Below, one piece after another: positions 1 through 10,001 of a stretch of DNA of 64,000 nt. Both the position numbers and the translations under genes were made by a program. Source of the stretch: an uncultured candidate division Zixibacteria bacterium (lineage in GTDB: Bacteria; Zixibacteria; MSB-5A5; GN15; FEB-12); NCBI GenBank assembly GCA_963664195.1, contig OY760907.1:3360001-3424000 (forward strand). Direction: 5' to 3'. Under the pieces are notes generated by a model. The model saw only the letters and a program-made list of their open reading frames with translations. It made no database searches and was not told the DNA's origin. Numbering within the stretch: position 1 is the first letter of the stretch; each line of letters starts with the position of its first letter.

Positions 1-3000
1 CTGGCCTTTGGACAGGTCAGTGACGACGGTAAGCCGGTCAAGGTGATCACCGACGCTGACATCGTGGCCGTTAACAACTGGGTTTCGGACACGGTCTACA
101 ACCTGGCCGGTTTCTGTTTCGTCGAGGACGGCGAAGTGCTGAACATTGAACCGGGAACGATTATCAAAGGCAACGAAGGCTCCGGCGCCAGCGCCTCCGC
201 TCTGATCGTCGCCATGGGCGGCCAGATCTTCGCCGACGGCACGATCGAGGAGCCGATCGTCTTCACCTCCATCATCGATGACGTCGATGACCCGAATGAC
301 ATTCCGCTGGCAGACGCCCGCGGCAAATGGGGCGGCCTCATCCTTCTTGGCAAGGCCAGCCTGAACACTACTACTGTCACCCGTCACATCGAAGGTATCC
401 CGGAAGAGGAGCCTCGCGGTGACTACGGCGGCACCGACGATGACGACAACTCCGGTGTTGTCCGCTATGTCTCGATCCGCCACGGCGGCTCTGAAATAGG
501 CGCTGCCAACGAGATCAACGGCCTCACCATGGGTGCCGTCGGTCGCGGTACGACCATCTCCCACGTCGAAGTCTTCTACAACCTCGACGACGGTTACGAG
601 TGGTTCGGTGGTACGGTCAACTGCGACCACCTTATCGCTGCCTTCTGTGGCGACGATTCCTTCGACTACGACGAAGGTTTCCGTGGCGCCGGCCAGTTCT
701 GGTTCACGATCCAGGCTTCTGACGCCGGCGATCGCGGCGGCGAGCATGATGGTGGCACGTCTCCGGTGGACGGCGCCCCGTTTGCCACTCCGCTGATTTC
801 CAACGTGACCTACATTGGTCGCGGAGCTGACCAGACAGGTACTCAGCGTTGCTTCGAGATTCGCGACAACGCAGGGTCGGCCTATTACAACTCGATCTTC
901 ACCGAGCACGGCACCTACGGTATCGCGGTTGAGAACGAAAACTCCGAGCCAACCGACTCTCAAGATCGTCTGGCCGGCGGCCAGATTAAGTTCATGAACA
1001 ACATCTGGTACGGCTTTGGCGACGGCAACACACCGACTGCTATCTGCAATGGTGATGCCGCTGTTGAAGCTGCCCTGTTCACCTCCGGCAACGACATGGT
1101 CGGCGACCCCGGTATTCGCGGAATCAGCCGCACTACCGATAACGGACTCGACCCTCGCCCGACCAGACTTGGCTGTGCCGGATGGCACCACTGGATCAAC
1201 CCGAAGGATCCGATCGACGGTTTTAACCCGCCGGCCGTCCCGGGCTACCCCGGTGCTATCGACGTCGACTGGGCCGACTTTGAAGTCGTTGACTACCCGG
1301 GTGCCATTGACCCGAACGTCTCTGTGGAAAACATCTGGATCGCCGGGTGGACCGCGCTGACTCATTACAGCTTCCTTTCCACCACGCCGGACGAAATCAC
1401 TGACAACGGCAAGCCGATCAAGGTCGTGACTGACTTTGATATCGTTGCCGATAACTACTGGTCTGCCGACACTGTCTACAATCTCAACGGCTTTGTCTTC
1501 GTCGAAGACGGCGAAATGCTGACCATCGAGCCGGGAACCATCGTTAAGGGTAACGAGGGTTCCGGTGCCAGTGCCTCCGCTCTGATCGTCGCCATGGGCG
1601 GCAAGATCTGTGCCGAGGGTACACGCAATGAGCCGATCGTCTTCACTTCCATCATCGACGATATCGATGACCCTAATGACATTCCGCTGGCCGACGCTCG
1701 CGGCAAGTGGGGCGGCCTCATCCTTCTCGGAAAGGCCAATCTGAACACTACCACCGTGACCCGCCACATTGAAGGTATCCCCGAAGAGGAACCGCGCGGC
1801 GACTATGGCGGCACGGACGATAATGACAACTCCGGTGTTGTCCGCTACGTTTCGATCCGTCACGGCGGCTCGGAAATCGGCGCTGCCAACGAGATCAACG
1901 GCCTCACCATGGGCGCCGTCGGTCGCGGTACCATGATCTCTTACGTCGAAGTGTTCTACAACCTCGACGACGGTTACGAATTCTTCGGGGGCACGGTCAA
2001 CTGTGACCACCTGATTGCTGCCTTCTGCGGCGACGATTCCTTCGACTACGACGAAGGTTTCCGTGGAACCGGCCAGTTCTGGTTTACGATCCAGGCTTCC
2101 GACGCCGGCGATCGCGGCGGTGAACACGATGGTGGCACGTCCCCGGTCGATGGCATGCCTTTTGCCACTCCACTGATTTCCAACGCCACTTATTGTGGCC
2201 GCGGTGCTGACCAGACCGGCACCCAGCGTTGCTTCGAGATTCGTGACAACGCCGGTTCGGCATACTACAACTCAATCTTTACCGACCACGGGACTTACGG
2301 CCTCAAGGTTGAGAACGAAGATTCCGAGCCGACTGACTCGCAGGATCGCCTGGCTGGCGGCCAAATCAAGTTCATGAACAACATCTGGTACGGCTTTGGC
2401 GACGGAAACACGCCGACCGCCATCTGCAACGGTGACGCCGCTGTGGAGGCCGCTCTCTTCACCTCCGGCAATGACTTTGCCGGCGACCCGAAGATGTGCA
2501 ACCTCAGCCGCATTCCGGAATCCAGCCTCGACCCGCGTCCGACCGATCTGGCCGGTGCCGGTTGGACTTCCTGGATTGACCCCAAGGATCCGATCGACGG
2601 TTTCTTCCCGCCGACCGTCCCGGGTTACCCGGGTGCCATCGATGTCGATTTCGCTGACTTCACGGTTGTTGACTACCCTGGTGCCTTTGATCCGAGCGTA
2701 GCTATCGAAGACATCTGGGCCTACGGTTGGACCGCCTTGACCCAGTACAGCTTCCTGGGCAACGCCAACGGCTGTGTCTCCTCCGGTTGCTGCACCGGTC
2801 CGTCTGTCGGCAATGTCGACGGTTCCCCTGACGACCTGATAACGATGGGTGATCTCACCGTCCTGATCGACCACCTGTTCATTAGCCTCAATCCGCTGGC
2901 GTGCATCACCGAGGGTAACGTCGACATGAGCGCTGACGGCCTAGTTACCATGGGTGACCTCACCGTCCTGATTGACCACCTGTTCATCAGCCTCAATCCG

Positions 3001-3018
3001 CTCCAGTCCTGCCCATAA
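1..3018 (+). CDS. 5'-truncated secreted protein with two tandem ~460-aa beta-helix-like domains and a C-terminal dockerin-like tail
   Basis: Frame is open from base 1 (LAFGQVSDDGKPVKV..., likely the end of a signal peptide). Motifs IEPGT.IKG, LIVA.GG.I.A.GT...PIVFTS, WGGLILLG, DDNSG...YVSIRHGG, NEINGLT.GAVG.GT, DDG.E.FGG match a beta-helix family often carrying a T9SS tail in Bacteroidota. Dockerin-like tail at 2788-3018. Confidence 0.8.
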   Translation: MAFGQVSDDGKPVKVITDADIVAVNNWVSDTVYNLAGFCFVEDGEVLNIEPGTIIKGNEGSGASASALIVAMGGQIFADGTIEEPIVFTSIIDDVDDPNDIPLADARGKWGGLILLGKASLNTTTVTRHIEGIPEEEPRGDYGGTDDDDNSGVVRYVSIRHGGSEIGAANEINGLTMGAVGRGTTISHVEVFYNLDDGYEWFGGTVNCDHLIAAFCGDDSFDYDEGFRGAGQFWFTIQASDAGDRGGEHDGGTSPVDGAPFATPLISNVTYIGRGADQTGTQRCFEIRDNAGSAYYNSIFTEHGTYGIAVENENSEPTDSQDRLAGGQIKFMNNIWYGFGDGNTPTAICNGDAAVEAALFTSGNDMVGDPGIRGISRTTDNGLDPRPTRLGCAGWHHWINPKDPIDGFNPPAVPGYPGAIDVDWADFEVVDYPGAIDPNVSVENIWIAGWTALTHYSFLSTTPDEITDNGKPIKVVTDFDIVADNYWSADTVYNLNGFVFVEDGEMLTIEPGTIVKGNEGSGASASALIVAMGGKICAEGTRNEPIVFTSIIDDIDDPNDIPLADARGKWGGLILLGKANLNTTTVTRHIEGIPEEEPRGDYGGTDDNDNSGVVRYVSIRHGGSEIGAANEINGLTMGAVGRGTMISYVEVFYNLDDGYEFFGGTVNCDHLIAAFCGDDSFDYDEGFRGTGQFWFTIQASDAGDRGGEHDGGTSPVDGMPFATPLISNATYCGRGADQTGTQRCFEIRDNAGSAYYNSIFTDHGTYGLKVENEDSEPTDSQDRLAGGQIKFMNNIWYGFGDGNTPTAICNGDAAVEAALFTSGNDFAGDPKMCNLSRIPESSLDPRPTDLAGAGWTSWIDPKDPIDGFFPPTVPGYPGAIDVDFADFTVVDYPGAFDPSVAIEDIWAYGWTALTQYSFLGNANGCVSSGCCTGPSVGNVDGSPDDLITMGDLTVLIDHLFISLNPLACITEGNVDMSADGLVTMGDLTVLIDHLFISLNPLQSCP
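22..2760 (+). repeat. Intragenic tandem duplication, 2 x 1380 nt
   Basis: Identical anchor aacgagatcaacggcctcaccatggg recurs at ~508 and ~1888; long near-identical protein stretches in both copies. Confidence 0.95.
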
Positions 3019-3062
3019 GAAAGCACTTCCTTCCTTCTTCCACGGCACACTTCCTGTGTCCG

Positions 3063-3095
3063 AAACACGCTCCCCAATCGGGGGGCGTGTTTTTT
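3063..3095 (+). terminator. Rho-independent terminator
   Basis: aaacacgctcccc-aatc-ggggggcgtgttt stem followed by a T-run, ~45 nt after the stop. Confidence 0.8.
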
Positions 3096-3193
3096 ACTGT
3101 CAGCAGCACGTAACCAAATCAGTTGCCGCATCGTAGTATTTGCTATATCATGCAATCGGAACAAAATAGTCGTGTTATGAAAGGGCTTTGAAT

Positions 3194-6100
3194 ATGAAGA
3201 ACCGCCTAAGGTTTATAGCACTCGTGCTGGCAGTCGTGCTGGCATTCTCTTCGACTCTCCTGGCTAACGAGTTCCTTGAAGGACTTCAGCAGGACCAGTC
3301 GGTCCACGGATTCCGCACCGCCAATATCTACGAAAACGGAGCTGGCAAGGCTCTGGGAGCTCGATTCGTTTCAGAAAAATACGGGTTCGTCGTCGACTTG
3401 ATGCAGATACAATCGGTGCCACAGGCTTTTTACTGGATCAAAACTCCCGTTACCGGCAGTCAGGGCGAGCCGCACGCGTGTGAGCATCTGTTGCTCGGCA
3501 AGGGCAAACGCGGTCGCTACGTTGCCGCCCTTGAGGATATGGCCCTCGGAAACAGCACTGCGTACACGCAGCAATATCGCACCTGCTATCATTTCAACAC
3601 CTCTGCCGGCGAAGAGACATTTTATGATCTCTTTGAAGCCAAGTTACAGGCTTTTCTCCATCCGGATTTCACAGATGAAGAGATTCGGCGCGAGGTTTGT
3701 CACATCGGTGTAACCGAAGACCCGCAGACCGGTGAACTGTCTGTCGAGGAAAAGGGTACTGTTTATACTGAAATGGTCAGTGCATTCGAGAAGCCCTGGT
3801 ACTACACCTGGGGTACTATGAGCAAATTGACCTACGGCGAGGATCATCCCCTGGCGCACTGCTCAGGCGGTCAACCGGACTCCATGAGAAACATGGTCCC
3901 CGAAGACATGTGGGCATTCCACAAAGAGAATTACCATCTGGCGAATATGGGAGCGATTGTGTCTATCCCTAGTCAGATAGACATCGAGACGTTTCTTGAG
4001 AGAACAAACACAATCCTCGGCAGTTGTCAGGACTACGCAGACTCCAGTCCAAATGTAGGTATCGGTGCGTACGACTTTCCGGATCCGAAACCGGCCCCGC
4101 TCGGTACCACACAGCTCGTCGGATTCCCGAGCGACAAGCCGGAAGATCCCGGCGATCTGATGTACACGCTGCCGTTGACGGCCAACATCGATTTCAACGA
4201 AGAGTTCATCCTGGACATATTTCTCTCCACATTCTCCAGCGGTGAGACATCAGACCTGTACAATACGTTCATCAACTCCGCCACCAAGAAGACGGATTTC
4301 GGCGCTTCCAGCGTGTACGGCGGTTGGGATGACGATCTCGGGCACCAGGTCTACTTCGGCCTCTCCGGAGTCCCCAACGACAAAGTTACCGAAAGGAACC
4401 TCGACAGTGCGTACGCCATGATTGTCAGCGAGATGCGTCGCATTCGCGCGCTGCCGGAGGGTTCAGAAGAGCTTCGCGAATTCAATGCCCGTGCCGCCAA
4501 CCGGCTGGCGTCCGACAGGAAGTTCACAGAGAACTACCTCAATCAGCCTCCCATGTTCGGCTTCCGCCGGGGACCAGCAGGCACCTGGCTGAACATGCTG
4601 GAGGACCTGGAGAAAGAGCCGGGATTCCGGAAATCTCTGGTTCTGAAAGACCGTTTCGAATACGCGGACAGTCTGATGCATTCAGAAGGTAATTTCTGGC
4701 GCACGTTCATCGACAAGTGGGGACTCCTCGATATCCCACCGTACGCCATTGGTGCCTACCCGACGCCCGACATTCAGGCGGCCAACATCGCAGCGAAAGA
4801 GTCTCGGGTTGCCGGTTACCTGGAGGACTTCCGCGAAGAGTATGCGACAACCGATGATCAGAAAGCGATCAGCAGGTTCAAGGAGGATTTTGACACCAAG
4901 ACAGCGGAGTTGGATGCACTCGCCATCGAGGACAAGATTCCCGACTTTATCGAAAACCCGCCGATGACGTTGGATGACCAGCTCACTTACGAAGTCCTCG
5001 CGCTTCCTGGTGATGTGCCGATGGTAGCATCTACATTCGAGAACATGACGTCTTCGCAGATTGGTCTCGCCCTGAACCTGAACGTGCTTCCTGAAAACCT
5101 GTTAGTCTATCTCCCCGCCCTGCCGTCGGTCCTGACATCAATCGGCGTAACCCGTGACGGGGAGGTTATACCGTTCGAAGTGATGAGCGAACGACTCCGC
5201 AGTGAGGTCATGAGCCTCAACGCTTTCTATAGCTCTAATGGTCACACCAATCGTGCCGAATTGGTTGTCTCGGGTCGGGCAAGCAATCTGGAGGAGCTGA
5301 AGAACGCCCTCGGCTGGATGGACGCGGCCCTGTACTCCCCCTATCTGTCAGTCGACAATATTCCGCGCATGATGGATTTGATCGATCAGGCGCTGGTTGG
5401 ATACCGCAACAGGACCAAGGGTTCGGAGGAAGACTGGGTTGACAATCCGGTTTTCGGTTACAGGTATCAGACAAACCCGGTACTCATGTCGACCGGCTGC
5501 TTCCTTACCGAGTTGCACCACATGCAGCGCCTGAAATGGATGCTGACCGACCTTGGTTCCGGAGAACAACAGCAGGAAACCGTTGGCGCTCTTGAAGCGC
5601 TCAAGCAATCCGCCTCCGGGTTGGATCGAGAAGGTTTGACCGCGTTTCTGGACGGTGCCGACTACGCCGAACTTGGTGAGCCGCTCGCGACTGTCATGAC
5701 CGATGTCAACGATGCCCTCAAGGCGACGCTCGGCGACATTCCCGACGAAACTCTCTCAGCAGATTTCGCGTTCATGTGTGACGAGATCAAGAATGATCTT
5801 CTCGTGAAACCGGAAAGCGCCCTGACCGATATCAATACTGCGCTTGATCTGCTCAGGAAGTCCGACAATGCCCGCATGTATATGATTTCAAACAGCGATG
5901 ACCGCAATGCCTCGATGGAACTCATTCGCGAGTTCGTTGGCAAGCTAGACTCCAGGACAAAATCGGTCGATCAGCAGTATGCCAAATCCAACCGCATCGC
6001 TCAGCGACTCATAGATCGCACACCGGGACTCGACACTAAGCCGGTTTACGTCGGTCTCCTGCACGAAGAGACACGCAACGGCGTCCTCCTGTTCGGTGCC

Positions 6101-6724
6101 AAAGAGACCGAAGTGCGGTATGACACCTCGACGTCCCAAGTGCTCACCTGTCTTGCCGGCAAATTATACGGCGGCGGCGGTCCTCACGGTTTGTTCATGA
6201 GGACCTGGGCGGCGGGTCTGGCTTACAGCAACGGCTACGGCTACCGAGAAAACGCTGGGCGCGTATCCTACTACGCCGAACGCTGCCCCGATGTAGCCGA
6301 AACCATGCGATTTGTCGTCAACGAGTTGAAGACGGCGAAGGATGACCCTTCGCTGACCTCGTACGCCGTGGCACAGGTGTTTGGTGCCTCGCGTTCTGCC
6401 TCCCGCTACGAGACTCGTGGGGCGGCCATGGCAAGTGATCTGGCCGACGGTCAGTCACCGGAAATGGTTCGCGCTTTCAGAGAGAAAGTGCTCGCGATCA
6501 GAGACGACGAAGGACTCTACGACGACGTGAAGTCCCGCATGGAAGAGGCGTACGGTCCGGTCATGATCGGATACGGTGCCCCACTTGCAGAGAGCAAGGA
6601 CTCTTATTTCTTCCTTATCGGACCGGATGAGCAGTTTGAATCTCTCGAGAACTACATCGCCACGGTTGAGCAGCCGCAGGCGGTGTATCGTCTCTACCCG
6701 CGCGACTACTGGTTGGTCGACTAG
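3194..6724 (+). CDS. Secreted M16 (M16C/PreP-like, insulinase family) zinc metallopeptidase
   Basis: Inverted zincin HxxEH (HACEH), NSTAYT, G.VY.EM, SGG.P and F...YH..N motifs; ~1175 aa; N-terminal signal peptide. ATG 3194 preferred over TTG 3188. Confidence 0.8.
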   Translation: MKNRLRFIALVLAVVLAFSSTLLANEFLEGLQQDQSVHGFRTANIYENGAGKALGARFVSEKYGFVVDLMQIQSVPQAFYWIKTPVTGSQGEPHACEHLLLGKGKRGRYVAALEDMALGNSTAYTQQYRTCYHFNTSAGEETFYDLFEAKLQAFLHPDFTDEEIRREVCHIGVTEDPQTGELSVEEKGTVYTEMVSAFEKPWYYTWGTMSKLTYGEDHPLAHCSGGQPDSMRNMVPEDMWAFHKENYHLANMGAIVSIPSQIDIETFLERTNTILGSCQDYADSSPNVGIGAYDFPDPKPAPLGTTQLVGFPSDKPEDPGDLMYTLPLTANIDFNEEFILDIFLSTFSSGETSDLYNTFINSATKKTDFGASSVYGGWDDDLGHQVYFGLSGVPNDKVTERNLDSAYAMIVSEMRRIRALPEGSEELREFNARAANRLASDRKFTENYLNQPPMFGFRRGPAGTWLNMLEDLEKEPGFRKSLVLKDRFEYADSLMHSEGNFWRTFIDKWGLLDIPPYAIGAYPTPDIQAANIAAKESRVAGYLEDFREEYATTDDQKAISRFKEDFDTKTAELDALAIEDKIPDFIENPPMTLDDQLTYEVLALPGDVPMVASTFENMTSSQIGLALNLNVLPENLLVYLPALPSVLTSIGVTRDGEVIPFEVMSERLRSEVMSLNAFYSSNGHTNRAELVVSGRASNLEELKNALGWMDAALYSPYLSVDNIPRMMDLIDQALVGYRNRTKGSEEDWVDNPVFGYRYQTNPVLMSTGCFLTELHHMQRLKWMLTDLGSGEQQQETVGALEALKQSASGLDREGLTAFLDGADYAELGEPLATVMTDVNDALKATLGDIPDETLSADFAFMCDEIKNDLLVKPESALTDINTALDLLRKSDNARMYMISNSDDRNASMELIREFVGKLDSRTKSVDQQYAKSNRIAQRLIDRTPGLDTKPVYVGLLHEETRNGVLLFGAKETEVRYDTSTSQVLTCLAGKLYGGGGPHGLFMRTWAAGLAYSNGYGYRENAGRVSYYAERCPDVAETMRFVVNELKTAKDDPSLTSYAVAQVFGASRSASRYETRGAAMASDLADGQSPEMVRAFREKVLAIRDDEGLYDDVKSRMEEAYGPVMIGYGAPLAESKDSYFFLIGPDEQFESLENYIATVEQPQAVYRLYPRDYWLVD

Positions 6725-6764
6725 GGATCGAAAACAGCCAATCTAGAAATGGCACTCAGACAAA

Positions 6765-6801
6765 GCGGCCGTTCTCGAAGGTGAGGACGGCCGTCTCTTT
6801 T
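6765..6801 (+). terminator. Rho-independent terminator
   Basis: gcggccgttctc-gaaggt-gaggacggccgt followed by ctctttt. Confidence 0.7.
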
Positions 6802-7024
6802 GTGGTCGTAGAATTAGGGACATAGACGAGAATTGCCTTGAACAAATGTGCGCCCCGGTGTATATATAGACACATGTCAAGACCATTGGTGCTTGTGCAC
6901 AGTCCATGCTTGCCGTTTTCGGGGGATCGTCACTTGTCGGCAGCCCCAACGTTACGCTGTCCGCACACACGTACTACGCCTTGAAGTGTCAATTCGAATT
7001 GCTTGTTTGTTGGAGGGACCTCAC

Positions 7025-7255
7025 ATGATACGTTGCATGCGCCCCTTGCGGGTTCTGCTCGCAGCTTCTTTGATTACACTTGTCTCAATTGGCACCTGTT
7101 TGCGCGCTGAAACGGGCGAAATCCGTGGTTGTGCCTGTGTGGACCGGGTAGGCAATATCGACTGCGACTATGCCGATCACGTGGACATGGCCGATCTTGT
7201 TGCCCTGATTGATCACCTTTTCATCTCGTTGGCGCCACTGCCGCCGTGCCCGTAA
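7025..7255 (+). CDS. 76-aa protein: signal peptide plus a single dockerin-like repeat
   Basis: GGAGG RBS before ATG 7025; hydrophobic leader; CACVDRVGNIDCDYADHVDMADLVALIDHLFISLAPLPPCP-stop matches the tail of the other dockerin proteins; followed by a terminator. Confidence 0.7.
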   Translation: MIRCMRPLRVLLAASLITLVSIGTCLRAETGEIRGCACVDRVGNIDCDYADHVDMADLVALIDHLFISLAPLPPCP

Positions 7256-7275
7256 ACTGCATACCACGCATACAG

Positions 7276-7309
7276 AACGGCCGCCTTCCAAACGGGAGAC
7301 GGCCGTTTT
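7276..7309. terminator. Terminator hairpin between convergent genes
   Basis: aacggccgccttcc-aaac-gggagacggccgtt followed by T residues. Confidence 0.7.
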
Positions 7310-7332
7310 CCATCGTCTATAATACTGGCCGG

Positions 7333-7842
7333 TCAACGGGCCAGACAGCGAGTGATCTCACCGATATACATTCGGTGGTAGTCCTTGTCAGGATATTCCT
7401 CGTCAATTGATGCGTCAAGGAATCTGTCGGGATCGAAGTCATGAGTGTAGAGCTTACGACACTCGAGCACGAGCTTGGCTTCGGCGAAATAGATCGCGCC
7501 GGAGTCGCTCTCCACGGCCGTCAACTCCGGAATCGCCATCTTATCAACATCGCGACCGGACTTGTGCCCGCAATACTTGAGAACATCGCGGTATTGCTCA
7601 TCGAAAAACGTCAGCGTGAAGTATTCCTGCTTCTCGACAAACTCGTACGTGTGTCGTACCGGCCTGATATAGCAGGTGGCTACCTTCTTGTGCCAGAGCT
7701 CACCGAGACCGCCCCACGATGCCGTCATCGTGTTGTATGCGTCAATAGTCCCGGCAGTTATGAGCATCCAATCCTTAGATATCAAGTGAATAGCGTTCTC
7801 TTTTATTTCGAGAGCATCTATGAGTTTCAGTTCTTGTGCCAT
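7333..7842 (-). CDS. Flavin reductase family (DIM6/NTAB-like) FMN-binding protein
   Basis: WMLITAG, NTMTASWG, RP.RHT, CG.KSGRDVDK, LECRKLY and DYHRMYIGEI motifs. Confidence 0.88.
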   Translation of the reverse strand: MAQELKLIDALEIKENAIHLISKDWMLITAGTIDAYNTMTASWGGLGELWHKKVATCYIRPVRHTYEFVEKQEYFTLTFFDEQYRDVLKYCGHKSGRDVDKMAIPELTAVESDSGAIYFAEAKLVLECRKLYTHDFDPDRFLDASIDEEYPDKDYHRMYIGEITRCLAR

Positions 7843-7857
7843 TCCGCTTGTCTCCTT

Positions 7858-9375
7858 CTAGTTATTCGATAGCTCGATCGGCATGCCCATTAGCGGCCAA
7901 ATCACGAGGATGAACACGGCCAACACAGCCAACAGAAGCAGACTTGCCGGAATACCCGCCTTGAAGAATTCGCCCGAAGTAAACTGCTTGCTCTCATACG
8001 CAATCGCATTTGGAGCCGCACCCACCAACAGGAGGAACGGCATGCCCGCCACTGTCAGTGAAGAATAGAGAATCACCTCAGGTGCCACCCCAAGGTATGG
8101 CGCTATTACAAGAGCGACCGGCAGACAGATGGCGATGGCCGCAACGTTCATAATAAAATTCGTCATCACCAGCACGAACACCGCAATCCCCATCACAAAG
8201 ATAAACCAGTGCGCGCGCTCAAACATGACCAGCCAATTGATAGCCAGCCATTGCGCGGCACCAGTCTGCCAGAGACAGAAACCGATACTCATCGCGCCGC
8301 CAAACAGCAGAACGATATTCCACGGCATCCGTTCCAGATCCTCGATAGTGAGAATCTTGAACACGAAGAACGCTATCGTTGAGACCAGGATCAGTGCGTT
8401 CTTGTTTAGAGGCTCCAGAGCCGGTATCGCCTGACGGAGACCGATGGTGGCAATTACACTCAAAGTGATTACCAGTGTTAGCATCTCCGTTCTAGAAATC
8501 GGCCCCAATTTCTGGTACAGCATCCCGGCCCGTTGTTTCAGCCCCGGAATCGAGCTTTTCTCGGGGCGGAAGAACACCATGAAGAAGCCCCACAGCAGCA
8601 AGGTCATGACTATCCCCAGGGGAGCCATGTAATACGTTAACTCGAAAAAGCTGACATCCCGATTGACCACGTCCGAGAAAAACCCCAACGCTACGGCACC
8701 TCGAGCGGCACCAAGCAGCGTGACAACACTGCCGGCCCCTGCGGTGAAAGCCATCCCGATGAAAAGTCCCTTGCCGAATCGGGTTGGCTTGGTGTCCTCG
8801 GTGTACATGCCATAGATGGCCATCAATAGTGGGAACACAGCGGCCGCAACCGCCGTGTGGGCCATAATGAGCGTCATGCCCGCCGTCAGAACAAACGCCC
8901 CCATATAGATCATGCTTGTCCGTTCACCTACCAGGGTCAGCATCTTGTAGGCCATTCGCTTGGTCAGTCCTGACCGGGTAAAGGCCATGCCTATCGCCAG
9001 CGAGCCTATGATGAACCACACCGAAGGATCCATGAAATCCGTCAGGGCTGTTCGCACCGGCCGGATCAGGAATAACGCCTGGATTACGCCGATGGCGATA
9101 CTGGTGATGCCGATCGGCACCGCCTCAGAAACCCACCATACAACAGCGAGGAGAAAGAGAGCCAGGGAGGCTTTCCCTTCGCGAGTCAGTTCAAAGTGCT
9201 GGCCGCCCGGGTCTATTGCGTCCGGAAGCGAGGGGGCGAAATACATCATCAGAAACAGCGTCACGCCAAGTGACAGGAGAAAAATGCGTCTCCAGTCGAG
9301 TTTCCGCACAGCCTTTGCCAGATAGACGCCATCCGGCTTCTCTGGCAAGCCTCGGTGAATGTCGTTATTGCTCAT
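7858..9375 (-). CDS. SLC13/DASS family di-/tricarboxylate or sulfate:sodium symporter
   Basis: Many TM helices; WW.SEA.P, SGL.KR.A, PW.IVLLFGGA, TNF..NVA and AAPNAIAY motifs. Confidence 0.88.
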   Translation of the reverse strand: MSNNDIHRGLPEKPDGVYLAKAVRKLDWRRIFLLSLGVTLFLMMYFAPSLPDAIDPGGQHFELTREGKASLALFLLAVVWWVSEAVPIGITSIAIGVIQALFLIRPVRTALTDFMDPSVWFIIGSLAIGMAFTRSGLTKRMAYKMLTLVGERTSMIYMGAFVLTAGMTLIMAHTAVAAAVFPLLMAIYGMYTEDTKPTRFGKGLFIGMAFTAGAGSVVTLLGAARGAVALGFFSDVVNRDVSFFELTYYMAPLGIVMTLLLWGFFMVFFRPEKSSIPGLKQRAGMLYQKLGPISRTEMLTLVITLSVIATIGLRQAIPALEPLNKNALILVSTIAFFVFKILTIEDLERMPWNIVLLFGGAMSIGFCLWQTGAAQWLAINWLVMFERAHWFIFVMGIAVFVLVMTNFIMNVAAIAICLPVALVIAPYLGVAPEVILYSSLTVAGMPFLLLVGAAPNAIAYESKQFTSGEFFKAGIPASLLLLAVLAVFILVIWPLMGMPIELSNN

Positions 9376-9406
9376 AGGGTCTGTCCTCGAAGAAATCCCT
9401 GACTAA

Positions 9407-9934
9407 CTATTCAATGATGAGTTTGTAGATTTCATGAAATACGTCAACCGATCTCACGACGCCTGCAACCTTACCATCTTCGAGTACGGGCAGCATAGAG
9501 AGATTCTGTTTGTTCATCTCGTAAATCACGCGAACTATATGATCCTCGGCGTTGACGGTTGCTTCGATCGGCAGCATCACTTCGCTGATGGGCGACTCGG
9601 CGGCCTGCTTGACACCGTCCATAACAGTATCGTAATTGAGTTCCGACAGGGCCGGATCAACCTGAACATCCCACAACTTTTTGCGGTAATGGAGTGACTT
9701 TTCCTTGAGGAACTCAGGCTCCAGGCCACGAAGAATGTCACGTCGTCTGGCCATACCAATCAACTGATACTTCTCGTCGAAAACCAGCACCATTCTGGGC
9801 AGCGACTTACGCCCGTTGATCATCAGCTCCGACTGTTCCATTTCAACCATCGCCTGCCGCAGCGTGAACCAATACGGCAGGTGAGGGTACTTGTCCAGTG
9901 GGACCATCACATCCCTGGCCCGTATATTCTCCAT
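9407..9934 (-). CDS. CBS domain-containing protein
   Basis: ARDVMVP.D.YP, ISEVM.PI and LPVLEDGKVAGVV CBS pair. Confidence 0.85.
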   Translation of the reverse strand: MENIRARDVMVPLDKYPHLPYWFTLRQAMVEMEQSELMINGRKSLPRMVLVFDEKYQLIGMARRRDILRGLEPEFLKEKSLHYRKKLWDVQVDPALSELNYDTVMDGVKQAAESPISEVMLPIEATVNAEDHIVRVIYEMNKQNLSMLPVLEDGKVAGVVRSVDVFHEIYKLIIE

Positions 9935-10001
9935 ATAGCTCTCCTTTCAATCAGTCCGATCGATTCCATCTGAACCGGTCCAGGACCTGTCTCCGTAACC
10001 G

